From Octopus bimaculoides (taxonomy: Eukaryota), in the NCBI RefSeq assembly GCF_001194135.2, contig NC_068989.1:79198901-79234549 (forward strand): a stretch of DNA of 35,649 bases, in the 5' to 3' direction. The notes under the pieces were generated by a model, which ran no database searches, was not told the origin of the DNA, and worked only from the letters and a program-made list of their open reading frames with translations. Positions 22,958 to 33,789 of the stretch are shown here, piece after piece (position 1 is the stretch's first letter; every line of letters starts with the position of its first letter). The position numbers and the translations under genes are program-made.

Positions 22958-23291
22958 GTGCAGGTGGCACGTAAAATACATCAGTGCAGGTGGCACATAA
23001 AATACACCAATGCAGGTGGCACGTAAAATACACCAGTGCAGGTGGCACGTAAAATACACCATTTCGAGCGTGGCCGTTGCCAGTACCGCCTGACTGGCCT
23101 TCGTGCCGGTGGCACATATACGCACCCACTACACTCTCGGAGTGGTTAGCGTTAGGAAGGGCATCCAGCTGTAGAAACTCAGCCAAATCAGATTGGAGCC
23201 TGGTGTAGCCACCTGGTTTCACCAGTCCTCAGTCAAATCGCCCAACCCATGCTAGCATGGAAAGCAGACATTAATCGATGATGATGATGAT
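22958..23291 (+). mobile_element. RTE LINE 3' UTR beginning with a 4x 26-bp tandem repeat
   Basis: GTGCAGGTGGCACGTAAAATACACCA x4 (22958-23061), then the standard UTR and (GAT)n. Confidence 0.85.
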
Positions 23292-24150
23292 TAACATTTT
23301 ATTCTGGTGGACCCCCATAGCCATTTGATATTTAAAAACTAGTTTTATCGATATTTCTTTCAAAATTCCTATTTAGTTTTTCACACGTTAGGGGAAATGA
23401 TGACAGAAACTCAACTCGTTACATATTTTATTTAACCCAGTCGGACAAAAAGCTAAATTAGTCCTTGGTAGGATTTGAATTCTGATTTTCAATAAAAAAA
23501 AGAATATATTTAGCTAAACAGCGCTGGTATTTAATCCTTCATGTTATTACTGCTACTCTCTCAACACTACCTGCTAAAAAATAGCAATAATAATAATAAT
23601 GATTTCTTTTATTTTTTTTAATAATGATTTATTTTAATAATAATAATAATATTAATAAGTTCCTTAAAATTTGAAATTGCAAGAGGTTGGAATATGAAAA
23701 TTGTTAAGGTTGTGCCTCTAATAATCGGTGCATTGGGAACTGTAAGCAAAGAGACAAATCAATAATAATAATAATAATAATAATAGTAATAATAATCCTT
23801 TCTACTGTATATGGGGGAATGAGCTTGTTGATTACATCGACCCCAGTGCTTGACTGGTACTTAATTTATTGACCCCAAAAGGATGGGAGGCTAAGTTGAC
23901 ACTCAGTGGAATTTGATCTCAGAACATAAAAAAACGGGTGAAATGCTGCTTAGCATTTCGTCTGGTATGCTAATGATTCTGCTAGCTCTCCGTCTTAATA
24001 ATAATAATAATAATAATAATGATTTCAAATTTTGGCACAAGGCCAGTAAATTTAGGGGATAGGGATAAATCAATTACATCAACCCCAATGTTCAACTGGT
24101 ACAACAACAATTACAATAATGATAATAATAATAATAATAATAATAATAAT

Positions 24151-24740
24151 AGAGTCAAAATTAAAAGAAGAGTGCCATTTGCTATCTTGTGAACAATAGT
24201 TCGACATCTCGCGTGTCTTCCACTGGTTCAAAAAATAAATTTGTCAATCTACTTCATTTTGGTTAATATAGAAAGGATTGAGGTAACTCCTCCTGAAGAT
24301 ATAGAGTCAAAATTAAAAGAAGTATATTGACAAATTTATTTTTTGAACCAGTGGANNNNNNNNNNNNNNNNNNNNNNNNNNNNNNNNNNNNNNNNNNNNN
24401 NNNNNNNNNNNNNNNNNNNNNNNNNNNNNNNNNNNNNNNNNNNNNNNNNNNNNNNNNNNNNNNNNNNNNNNNNNNNNNNNNNNNNNNNNNNNNNNNNNNN
24501 NNNNNNNNNNNNNNNNNNNNNNNNNNNNNNNCTTTTAATTTTGACTCTATATCTTCAGGAGGAGTTACCTCAATCCTTTCTATATTAACCAAAATGAAGT
24601 AGATTGACAAATTTATTTTTTGAACCAGTGGAAGACACGCGAGATGTCGAAATATTGTTCACAAGATAGCAAATGGCACTCTTCTTTTAATTTTGACTCT
24701 ATATCTTCAGGAGGAGTTACCTCAATCCTTTCTATATTAA
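24151..24740. repeat. 152-bp unit in tandem and inverted arrangement around a gap
   Basis: The unit restarts at 24151 and 24303. Sequence from about 24326 and all of 24532-24730 is its reverse complement. (TAA)n flanks both sides. Confidence 0.85.
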
Positions 24741-24872
24741 TAATAATAATAATAATAATAATACAACTTATAATGTTCTAGCTGGCCTTTTAAAAGTATA
24801 GTATTTATTATTACATTTTTCACTTGATTGTCTCTTTCATTAATCAACATCTTCTCTATATGCCTCCCCACT

Positions 24873-25190
24873 TTATCCTCTTTGTCCAACACCCCTGCCC
24901 CAGTTCTTCATCATAGTGGTTTTATTGTCGTTTAATTTTCTCTTTCTCCAGATGCACATATCAAAGGCTCCCAACCAATCTAGATCGTTCTTGCTTAGAG
25001 TCCAGCTCTCGCAGCCAAATAAGGCAACGCTCCAGATTAGGGTTTTTATATTTTTCTTCATAATCTTAACCTATTATCTCCTTGTTAGAAAAATTCTCTC
25101 CTCTCTTGCCAAAGCTGTCCTTCACTAATTAATGCAGATTGCAAAATCTGGTCATTAAATCCATTTGACCTTGCAACAATTCTGTATTTC
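24873..25190 (-). pseudogene. Decayed ORF2 fragment of a second RTE-clade LINE
   Basis: KTLIWSVALFGCESWTLSKNDLDWLGAFDMCIWRK matches the RTE motif (L/Y)GCESWT...EAFEMW.WR. Confidence 0.75.
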
Positions 25191-25444
25191 TGCTCAGTGC
25201 ACCTGGTATACTAACTACTTTCAAGCAAACTTGTATAATCCTCACCTTTATTATTTTTTTAAATTTTTTTTTCTAACTTTTTTCTTTGTTCGCATTTTAT
25301 TTTTTGCTATTTTTGGATTTGCATGACTCTTCTATAATTAGTACATGTGTATGTGTGTATCTGTTCATATATATATATATATACACACACATACATATAT
25401 GTACATATGTTTGTATATATGTGTGTATAAATGTATAGATGCAT

Positions 25445-25601
25445 GTTGGCGTTAGGAAGGGCATCCAGCTGTAGAAACTCTGCCAAATTTAGATTGGAGC
25501 CTGGTGTTGCCGTCCGGTTTCACCAGTCCTCAGTCAAATCGTCCAACCCATGCTAGCATGGAAAGCGGACGTTAAACGATGATGATGATGATGATGATGA
25601 T
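25445..25601 (+). mobile_element. Young, short RTE tail
   Basis: Only about 3-4 differences from 11345-11497 by eye; (GAT)n tail; sits in TA/TG microsatellite. Confidence 0.85.
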
Positions 25602-26541
25602 TGTGTGTATGTATTGTTGACTTCATGGAAACTTCGAAACCTTCGAGAGAACTTGAAATAATTCCTTATTGGAACAGTGGGCCTTGAAGCAGTGGAAGCT
25701 ATATATAATGGCATGTAGATACAGGTTTTAAAAAATTGACTTTTTTGTTTCCTATCCAAACGTCTTTTAAACCAAATATTTGCATTCGGTTATTTATAAC
25801 TTTATCTGCTTTTGAGGTTCACCACCGACTGCTTATTTCTCTGGGATTGGTCAAACGATGTAGACACCTGATGAGAACCCAGTGAATTTTGAAAATCAAT
25901 TAAGTCTGCTCATCGTTTTATCAATCTATGGATAAACAGTTGAATTTGCCATTTTTGTTTTTCTATTTCTATTATCTAGGTTTATGTTTGTGTAGTGTGT
26001 GGTGTGTGTAAATTTCAGACACTCAAAGAGGAACTCCAGTTTCATGTTGCAAACAAAGATATTTGGCCTGGTTTGACCTCTTAGCTTACTTCAATCATCT
26101 GGCTTTCTTGGCAAATGTTACCAAAATAGTTTCACTTTTCTTACTTGGTATTACTAAAATAATTTAATTTCCTGCATACTTTGCACACAGTATCATTGCT
26201 TTCTTCGGTCATTGGGCAGCGATATTGCCTGGTGGCTGAAGTAATTAAAGAGGCAAAACCTTTTTATGAAACTAGGCCACATACCTTTGTAGCATGGACT
26301 TGAATTGCTCTTTGGAAGCATTAAGTTACAGATAAAGCATATTTATAATTCATAAAGGTATTGAAAATTTTAAATTGCTGAACATATCAACAAAGAACAG
26401 CACACACGCATATATATGCATGTATATGTGTATGTATGTCTATGTGTGCTTATGTATATATATTTTATATACAGGTAAATGTGTGTGTATGTATGTATGT
26501 TTGTATTTATGTTCATAGATATTTGTATGAGAGAGTATATG

Positions 26542-26784
26542 TACAAGTTTATACCATTTGTTCCTTCCGTATGTTTCACCACTGTGGTTATTTGCAATCA
26601 CTGCATTGGATGTTCCAAGTTCAAATTGGATGCTTAACCGCACACATTTGATCTCTGCAACATCATACAGTGAAATGTTCCCCTGATGACCTCTTGAGGT
26701 TCAGCATCCGATTACACTTGGAACATCTAGTGTAGCAATTGCCCATAACCCCAATGATGAAGGAACAAATGGTATAAACTTGTA
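26542..26784. mobile_element. Fold-back MITE with long TIRs and TA at both ends (Tc1/mariner-type)
   Basis: TACAAGTTTATACCATTTGTTCCTTC (26542-26567) is perfectly inverted at 26759-26784, and imperfect complementarity continues for about 70 more bp. Confidence 0.75.
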
Positions 26785-27262
26785 TTTATCATTTTATCAT
26801 AATCTTTTCTACATTTGCTTTGCATATCATAACCAGCAATATTGCCAAGTACTCTAGTAACCATACTGCTACACAGGGAGCAGACATGATGATGATATTC
26901 AGCCTGGAATTCTAAACTTTATAATAACAGTCTTGCATCTAACTATATATGGCAGCCTCTCCTACCAAAATTCTTACTATAAATTCTTCCTATGACCTTA
27001 AAGGATACTATGTCCAACCACACACATACATGAACAGCCACAAACAAACACACACACACATACATGTGCTGTCATTACACACAGACTTGCGCGCACACAT
27101 ATACCCACACATACACACACATACCTCCTTCCTTTGCACTCTCCTGTCTTTGAAAAGAACTTTTTCTTCACCCCTTTCCCTTCCGGTTATTCCAATATGT
27201 GACCACGTGTGTATCGTTGGCGATTTTCTTTCTCCGTCTTCTCTTCTTTGGACTTTTTCTAT

Positions 27263-27297
27263 ATTTCTGATGAAGAGTTCCGCTCAAAACGTAAAAT
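27263..27297 (+). ncRNA. Minimal type I hammerhead-ribozyme-like motif (probably inactive), in a Penelope-like remnant
   Basis: ATTT-CTGATGA-A-GAG/TTCCG/CTC-AAAA-CGT-A-AAAT: perfect CUGAUGA, stems I and II, ACGT stem III. G12 is A. Confidence 0.55.
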
Positions 27298-27393
27298 CCT
27301 CTTTCTTTTCTTTACTTTCCTGAGTGTCCAATAACACTATACTTATTCCACATCCTCGCGTTGTTGCTTTTTCTTGCTTGTTCATGTTTGAAT

Positions 27394-27426
<33 letters not shown>

Positions 27427-27431
<5 letters not shown>

Positions 27432-27832
27432 ACATATCACCTGGGTAGGCAAGGTAGGCAGTGCCTACCCTGAATAAAACAGATTGATGGTAATATTTTC
27501 CTTTTATGACAAAATATGCACCTAATTCAATAAAATTATGAAAGTTACTCTGATTACTATGCTTAAAATGCAAAATATTTTTGTTTTTGTAGATTAGGTA
27601 GGCATAATTTACCCCTACCTTTCAATCTCAGTATTAAAACTACGCATAGTACTGCTGTAGTACAGTGCTGTGTACATTCCTACAACAACGCTTTGTTTAT
27701 GCGCTATAAAGGCAGAAGTAAATCTGTCTCCAACTCAGTCACACGCCTGTGTTTCGCTTACGTTTTGGTGTGTTTTACTATGTAAACGTCACCAGCTGCC
27801 TACCCTGAGTAATTACTCATGGCATGTGCCTG
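27427..27832. mobile_element. Probable MITE inside (TA)n
   Basis: Ends CAGAGACATATCA / TGGCATGTGCCTG are imperfectly inverted. Subterminal GGGTAGGCA / TGCCTACCC motifs occur at both ends. A 14-bp palindrome TGAGTAATTACTCA lies at 27806-27819. Confidence 0.5.
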
Positions 27833-27849
27833 ATATATATATATCTTAT

Positions 27850-28140
27850 GACCATATAGCCTCAGGCCGACCAAAGCCTTGTGAGTGGATTTGGTAGATG
27901 GAAACTGAAAGAAGCTCGTATATATGCATATGTGTGTGTGTATGTGTTTGTCTCCCCTCCCCCCAACATCGCTTGACAACCAATGTTGGTGTGTTTGTGT
28001 CCCTGTAACTTAGTGGTTCAGCAAAATTGGCTGATAGAATAAGTACTAGGCTTACAAAGAATAAGCCCTGGAATCAATTTGCTCGACTAAAGGCGGTGCT
28101 CCAGCATGGCTGCAGTCAAATGACTGAAACAAGTAAAGAA
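27850..28140 (+). mobile_element. Family A SINE, 5'-truncated
   Basis: Starts at ATAGCCTCAGGCCGACCAAAGCC and ends with the family tail. Confidence 0.8.
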
Positions 28141-28151
28141 AAAATGTATTA

Positions 28152-28360
28152 TTATCATCATCATCAACATTTAATGGCCATAGTTCATGCTGGCATAGAT
28201 TTGATAGTTTTACAGTATCTTATGGGCCCAAGGATTGCATTGTGCTCCAGTGTCTACTTTGGCATGGTGTCTGTGGCTGGATGCCCTTCCTAATGCCAGT
28301 CACTTTATGCTATGTATTAAATGGCTTTTTTGTGCCCCTAGCACTAGTCAAGTCATCTTG
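28152..28360 (-). mobile_element. Old RTE tail fragment
   Basis: (CAT)n followed by GCTGGATGCCCTTCCTAATGCCA core. Confidence 0.65.
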
Positions 28361-28866
28361 GAGTGTTGCAAGACTGAGCTCTGACAGGGAAACTCTATAT
28401 TACAATATGAAGGCAAAAGGTGGGTGAAAGTAAGGAGGAAGGACCAGAGCAGGAAGGATTTCTTGTAGAGGAGCTACATGACTACTCACATTTCAGAAGA
28501 AGGAGTGGAAGCAATTGGGTGAGACTGGTTGGAGAGTGATTGGTGGGAAGGAGATGACTGACGGTGCTGAACAGCAGAATAGTAATGATGAAAGAGTAGA
28601 CAGGAGAAGGATGAGAAAGAGGTATGATATTGGGTAGGTTACAGGAGTGGGTGAGGAAGAGAAAGGCATGCATTGTGCGTAAGGAGGGTGAGAAACATGC
28701 TGGTGGAAGAAGAGATGGTTTTGTTGATTCAGTGGGGTGGTGGTGGTGCAATCAAAGAAAGTATGGGTGAAGAAAACAGTATTAATAGATGAAAGATGAA
28801 TAACAAGTGAAAATGTTTTGGGCAGTAAGTGGTTTCAACAAAGAGCCGCAGTTGGGAAGGTGGGTG

Positions 28867-29250
28867 GATTGTGACTTGTCTGTCTATGTGAATCACTTTG
28901 TCCATTCACTGCTGGTTCATGTCAGCGGCCACAGTTCATGGTTGCCCACTGCATGGTTTGTCTTCAATGCTGGTTTCCCCTGCTTTAAACTTCTTTACCC
29001 ATCTCTGCACATTTTGTGGTGTCATCTCTATAAAACAACTTATAGCCTCTGTGGATGTCGGACAGCCTGCATTCCTCTTTTTGCCAAGAATTCAGTTATT
29101 GCATGTTGCTTCTCTTTGGAATCCATTATTGGCCTCCACTAAAGACTGGCTATAGAGGAAGAGTTACTCAGTTAACTTGTGCAGTTTGAACGATGTGTAG
29201 CAGTTAACATGTTATGTTCATTTTTGGATTACTTTCAGCAATACCCTCAT
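28867..29250 (-). pseudogene. Mariner transposase N-terminal (HTH) remnant with one probable TIR
   Basis: From ATG at 29126: MDSKEKQHAITEFL, then after frameshifts DIHR...Y and NVQRWVKKFKAGETSIEDKPCSGQP*TVAADMNQQ*MDKVIHIDRQVTI (mariner WV..FK.G...ED.PRSGRP motif). TIR-like GAGGGTATTGCTGAAAGTAAT on the minus strand at about 29228-29248. Confidence 0.8.
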
Positions 29251-30076
29251 TGCCTTGTTATAGAGGCCAAATGTGTCATGTGGTTAGTTGAAAGGAGAGG
29301 TGAAGAATGAGAGAAAGGAGGGAGAGAGAAGTGTTAACGACATGCCGTAGGGTGGGGAGAGAAAGGTAAAGAGAAAGAGATATGTTTAGGATATGTTTAG
29401 NNNNNNNNNNTTAACGACATGCTGTAGGGTGGGGAGAGAAAGGTAAAGAGAAAGAGATATGTTTAGGATATGTTTAGCAGAGGGTAATGTTCTGGTGGTG
29501 AGGTTAAAGAAAGGCAGGTAAAGACAGATAGGTAGGGGAAGCAGTTGCATAAAGAAAGAAATATTGAGAGAGAATTAGTGGCAGTGAGAAGCGAAGAGAA
29601 AGAGATAAATGTTAGAGACATGAAGACGGGAATTACATGGTTAAAAAAGTTTTTTGAAGAGAAAGAGAGAAATATAAAGAGCTTAGTAGAGGGAAAATTT
29701 AAAATATAATATATTATTGTGACTGGAAGTGAAATACTTAGCAAAAAATAAAAATGTGAATCATCCTTTCTATCTTAAATAGTTTCCCTTAATCTTTTTT
29801 GTTCTGTGGAATTTCCATGCGTCCCACTAGTGTATGTATATTTATTCAATCATATATATATTTGAACTCTGAAAATTGCTCAGCTACAAGCATTGACAGT
29901 GCAGTCATTCTCCTGTCGGTGGGTCAGCTGCTGGTTTTGCTTGCAGTAAAATGTGCCTTAATTGAAAAACTGGTAAGGGTATCAGGAAGGGCATCTGTCT
30001 CTGAAATAATTCCTAACTAGCATTGAAAAGCACTCAGAAAAGTAAATGAATAGTATATATACATATGTACATGTAT

Positions 30077-30410
30077 ATCATCATCATGTCTGTTGACCAT
30101 GTTGGCATGGGCTGGGCTGTTTGACTGGGCTGGCACACTGGAAGGCTGCGCCAAGCTCCAGTCTGATTTGGCATTGTTTTCTATTGCTGGATGCCCTTCC
30201 TAATGCCAACCACTCCGAGAGTGTAATGGGTGCTTTTACGTGCCACAGGCACAGGTACCATTTGCATGACACCAGCATCTGCCACAGCTGCGATTTTGCT
30301 TGGCTTGATGGGTCTTCTTCACAAGCATAACATAATGCCAAAGGCCTTGGTCATTGCCTCCGTGAGGCCCGACACTCGAAACGAACTCAGCCACTTTGTC
30401 TTCATGAGGC
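30077..30410 (-). mobile_element. RTE LINE 3' fragment
   Basis: Reverse core GCTGGATGCCCTTCCTAATGCCAACCACTCCGAGAGTG plus an ORF2-end-like segment. Confidence 0.75.
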
Positions 30411-31354
30411 CTAACGCCCGAAAGCAACTCATTCAATATATATGGCTTTGTAGTTCATTTCCCAAACATGTGGCTTAGGGTCCAGTTCCACTGCATGGCA
30501 CCTTTGTAGTATAGCCCTGGGCTGGTCAAAGCCTTGTAAGTGGCTTTGGTAGACAGAAAGTGAAAGGAGCCTTTGCATGTGAACGTTTGTGTTTGTACCT
30601 CCTCTTGATACCATGCGGTAGTTATAAATAAATGTCATTGTCATACGAGTAGTATTCCTCTTTTCTAATCTTTTGTGAAAATCTGTGATATTACATTGCT
30701 TGGAAATAGGTGAGGGTTAGAGACCCCAACTACTGCAGTTAACATCATTGACTGTAGAAATCTGCCAAATGAGAGTTCTAATGCTTATATCAGTAATCAA
30801 TATTTACTCATCGTGTGATAAGTTGTGCATTGTATTGATCAGTGAGGGATTAGCTCTATTGACTTCTGTTGAGTTGCCTCGATAAGCTGTGAAGCCTGCT
30901 GCCTCATCTGAACTGAACTAAGTGAAAAACAAAGCACTCTGTACCTTTGCTTTTTATCTACAGTTTACTACACCTCCTTGTCATATCTGTTGCCAGCCCC
31001 AACATGAGAGGGAGCCTTTACGTGGTCACTGAACCTGCTGGAAATAGCAGCTAAATCTCCCTCAGATCATACCCCATAGTCTTTGGAAAGGACACATTAG
31101 GTAATGTGATTCTAGGTTCCTTAGACATAGGAGAAAGATGGCTGATAACGGCCAGGTTACTTTTGATCATAGGCCAGCTCAATCAGAACTGACCTGAGGC
31201 TAAACATTAGCAACATTTTGCTGTAAATTGTTGAATATCTTAGCTGAAGCATTATACACAGATACAGACTGCTCTGACCTGGCCAACTGTACTTCTCTCT
31301 TTCTCTATCATATGCACACAGGCACGCACACAGTCCTTGTTTTTATACTTATAG

Positions 31355-31900
31355 ATGTGGCAGATGCCAGTGTTGTTTAACTGGCACATAAAAGGCACCT
31401 TCGAACGTTGGGTGATGTACTGTGCTTAAGAAGACCTGTCAAGCCAAGCGAAATCATAGTTGTGGCTGATGCCTGTGCTGTGTGACTAGTACCCATGTTG
31501 GTGGCATCTAAAAAGCACCGTTCGAGCATTGAACCTCATGGAAGCAGTGACAGGTGACCAAAACCTTTGTTGATATACCGTACTTAAGTCCGGTCAAGCC
31601 AAGTGAGATCATAGTCGTGGCCGATGCTGGTGGCACATAAAGAGCACTGTTTGAACATTGAGCCTTACGGAGGCAGTGACAGATGATTGAGACCTTTATC
31701 AATATACCGTGCTTGAGAAGACCTATCAAGTTGCTGCTGGTACGTGAAAAGCACTGTTCGAGCATTGAGCCTCACAGCATCCAGGTGTAGAAACCATACC
31801 AAATCAAATTGGAACCTGGTGCAGCTCTCTGGCTTACCAGTTCTCAGTCAAACCATCTAACCCATGCCAGCATGGAAAACAGATGTTAAATAATGATGAT
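31355..31900 (+). mobile_element. RTE LINE 3' fragment with reiterated ORF2-end/UTR junction
   Basis: GT(G/A)CTT(A/G)AG...TCAAG recurs at about 31422, 31580 and 31709, followed by the family tail. Confidence 0.7.
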
Positions 31901-32262
31901 AGATGTATGTTACTGTGAGATGAAAGAACAAAACTTTTGGTTTTAAGGTCTTTGCACAACAATCTACATGGACTTTTTGATATTCTAAGAACATGTCTTT
32001 TACTACTTACCAGATCTTGCCTCCTTTTTCATGTTCAGAGTTTTACAGTTGTTTAATCCCTGAGTAGTCTTATTATGAAAGACACTCCAGGTTTGACTGT
32101 CCTTAGTATTTCTAAGACTACATTCTATTGTACTTCCTTCCTTTTAGATTCACTTCAACATTTAAATTTAATTTGCCAAAATATTTTCGTCTCTTTGAGA
32201 CCGCGATCTGTTCACTGACAAAATTCCATGCTGCATATATATGTATATATATATATATATGT

Positions 32263-32634
32263 ATTCTTTTATTTGTTTCAGTCATTTGGCTGTGACCATG
32301 CTGGAGCACCACCTTTTGTCGAACAAATTGACCTGACGACTTATTCTTTGTAAGCTTAGTACTTATTCTATCAATCCCTTTTGCCGAACCGCTAGGTTAC
32401 AGGGATTTAGACACGCCACCATCGGTTGTCAAGTGATGTTGAGGGACAAGCACAAACACACACACATACGTATATATATATGCACCAGGCTTCTTACAGT
32501 TTCTGTCTACCAAATCCACACATAAGGCTTTGGTTGGCTCAAGGCTATAGTAGAAGACACTTACCCAAGTTGCCACACAGTCGGACTGAACCCAGAACCA
32601 TGTGGTTGGTAAGCAAGCTACTTACCACACTTCC
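32263..32634 (-). mobile_element. Family A SINE
   Basis: Reverse complement of the full family A structure. Confidence 0.85.
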
Positions 32635-32696
32635 ATATATATGTATATATATATATATATATATATACATATTATTATAAAAGTATATACAATATA

Positions 32697-33093
32697 GGTG
32701 CAGGCATGACTGTGTGGTACGAAGTTTGCTTCCCAATCACATGGTTTCGGGTTCAGTCCCACTGCATGGCACCTTGGGCAAGTTTCTTCTACTATAGTCT
32801 TGGGCCGGCCAAAGCCTTGTGAGTGGATTTGGTAGACAGAAAGTGGAAGAAGCCCGTCGTATATATATATGTATGTACGTATTTGTGTGTGTTTGTGTTT
32901 GTCACCTCCACCGTCGTTTGACAACCGATGCTGGTGTGTTTACGTCCCCGTAACTTAGCAGTTAGGCAAAAGAGACCGTAGAATAAGTACTAGGCTTACA
33001 AAGAATAAGTCCTGGGGTCAATTTCTTTGACTAACACGCTTTAAGGCGGTGCTTCAGCATGGCCACAATCAGATGACCGAAACAAGTAAAAGA
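32697..33093 (+). mobile_element. Family A SINE
   Basis: Full head, core and tail; lies head-to-head with the previous copy. Confidence 0.85.
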
Positions 33094-33114
33094 ATGAAAG
33101 AATTATATATGCAT

Positions 33115-33492
33115 AGGAGTGGCTGTGTGGTAAGTAGCTTGCTTCCTACCCACATGGTTCCAGGTTCAGTCCCACTGCGTGGCACCTTGGGCAAGTGTCT
33201 TCTACTATAGCCTTGGGCCCACCAAAGCCTTGTGAGTGGATTTTGTAGACGGAAACTGAAAGAAGCCCGTCGTATATATGTATGTGTGTGTCTGTGTTTG
33301 TCCCCCCCCCCCCCAACATCGCTTGACAACCGATGGTGGTGTGTTTACATCTCTGTAACATAGCAGTTCGGCAAAAGAGAACCGATAGAATAAGTACTAG
33401 GCTTACAAAGAATAAGTCCTGGGATCGATTTGCTCGACTAAAGGCAGTGCTCCAGCATGGCCACAGTCAAATGACTGAAACAAGTAAAAGAG
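33115..33492 (+). mobile_element. Family A SINE
   Basis: Full, CpG-retaining copy. Confidence 0.85.
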
Positions 33493-33789
33493 TATGATAT
33501 TGCGTGATCGACCAGACTATCAGATGTTGTTATACATCACTGGTCACAATGCGCTTTGTATCATTTTAGCCTTTGAATGATGCCACCCCACTGGCAAGCC
33601 AACATTGCCCCTGATCAGAATGTTAGTCTGTCATAGAGTGACCTACTTACAGCTGTGTGAACTGGTGCAACATGAAATGAAGTGCTTTGCTCAAGAACAC
33701 AATGCACTACTTAATCCAGGAATTGAACCCATGACTGCTAGATTGTTATGTAAAAATATATAATAATGCAAGTGACCGATATATCAATC

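Noticed and set aside
26683-26705. CTGATGA followed by a CCTC/GAGG hairpin inside the fold-back loop
   Set aside because: There is no GAAA core or recognisable stem III; kept only as a curiosity.
29334-29477. 67-bp direct duplication across a 10-N gap
   Set aside because: The copies differ at one base and abut the gap, typical of overlapping contig ends or haplotypes.
29535-29710. Purine-rich open frame KQLHKERNIERE... considered as the next CDK11 exon
   Set aside because: It has no CDK11-like motif, no convincing pyrimidine tract and no donor before the stop; purine-rich DNA is often stop-poor.
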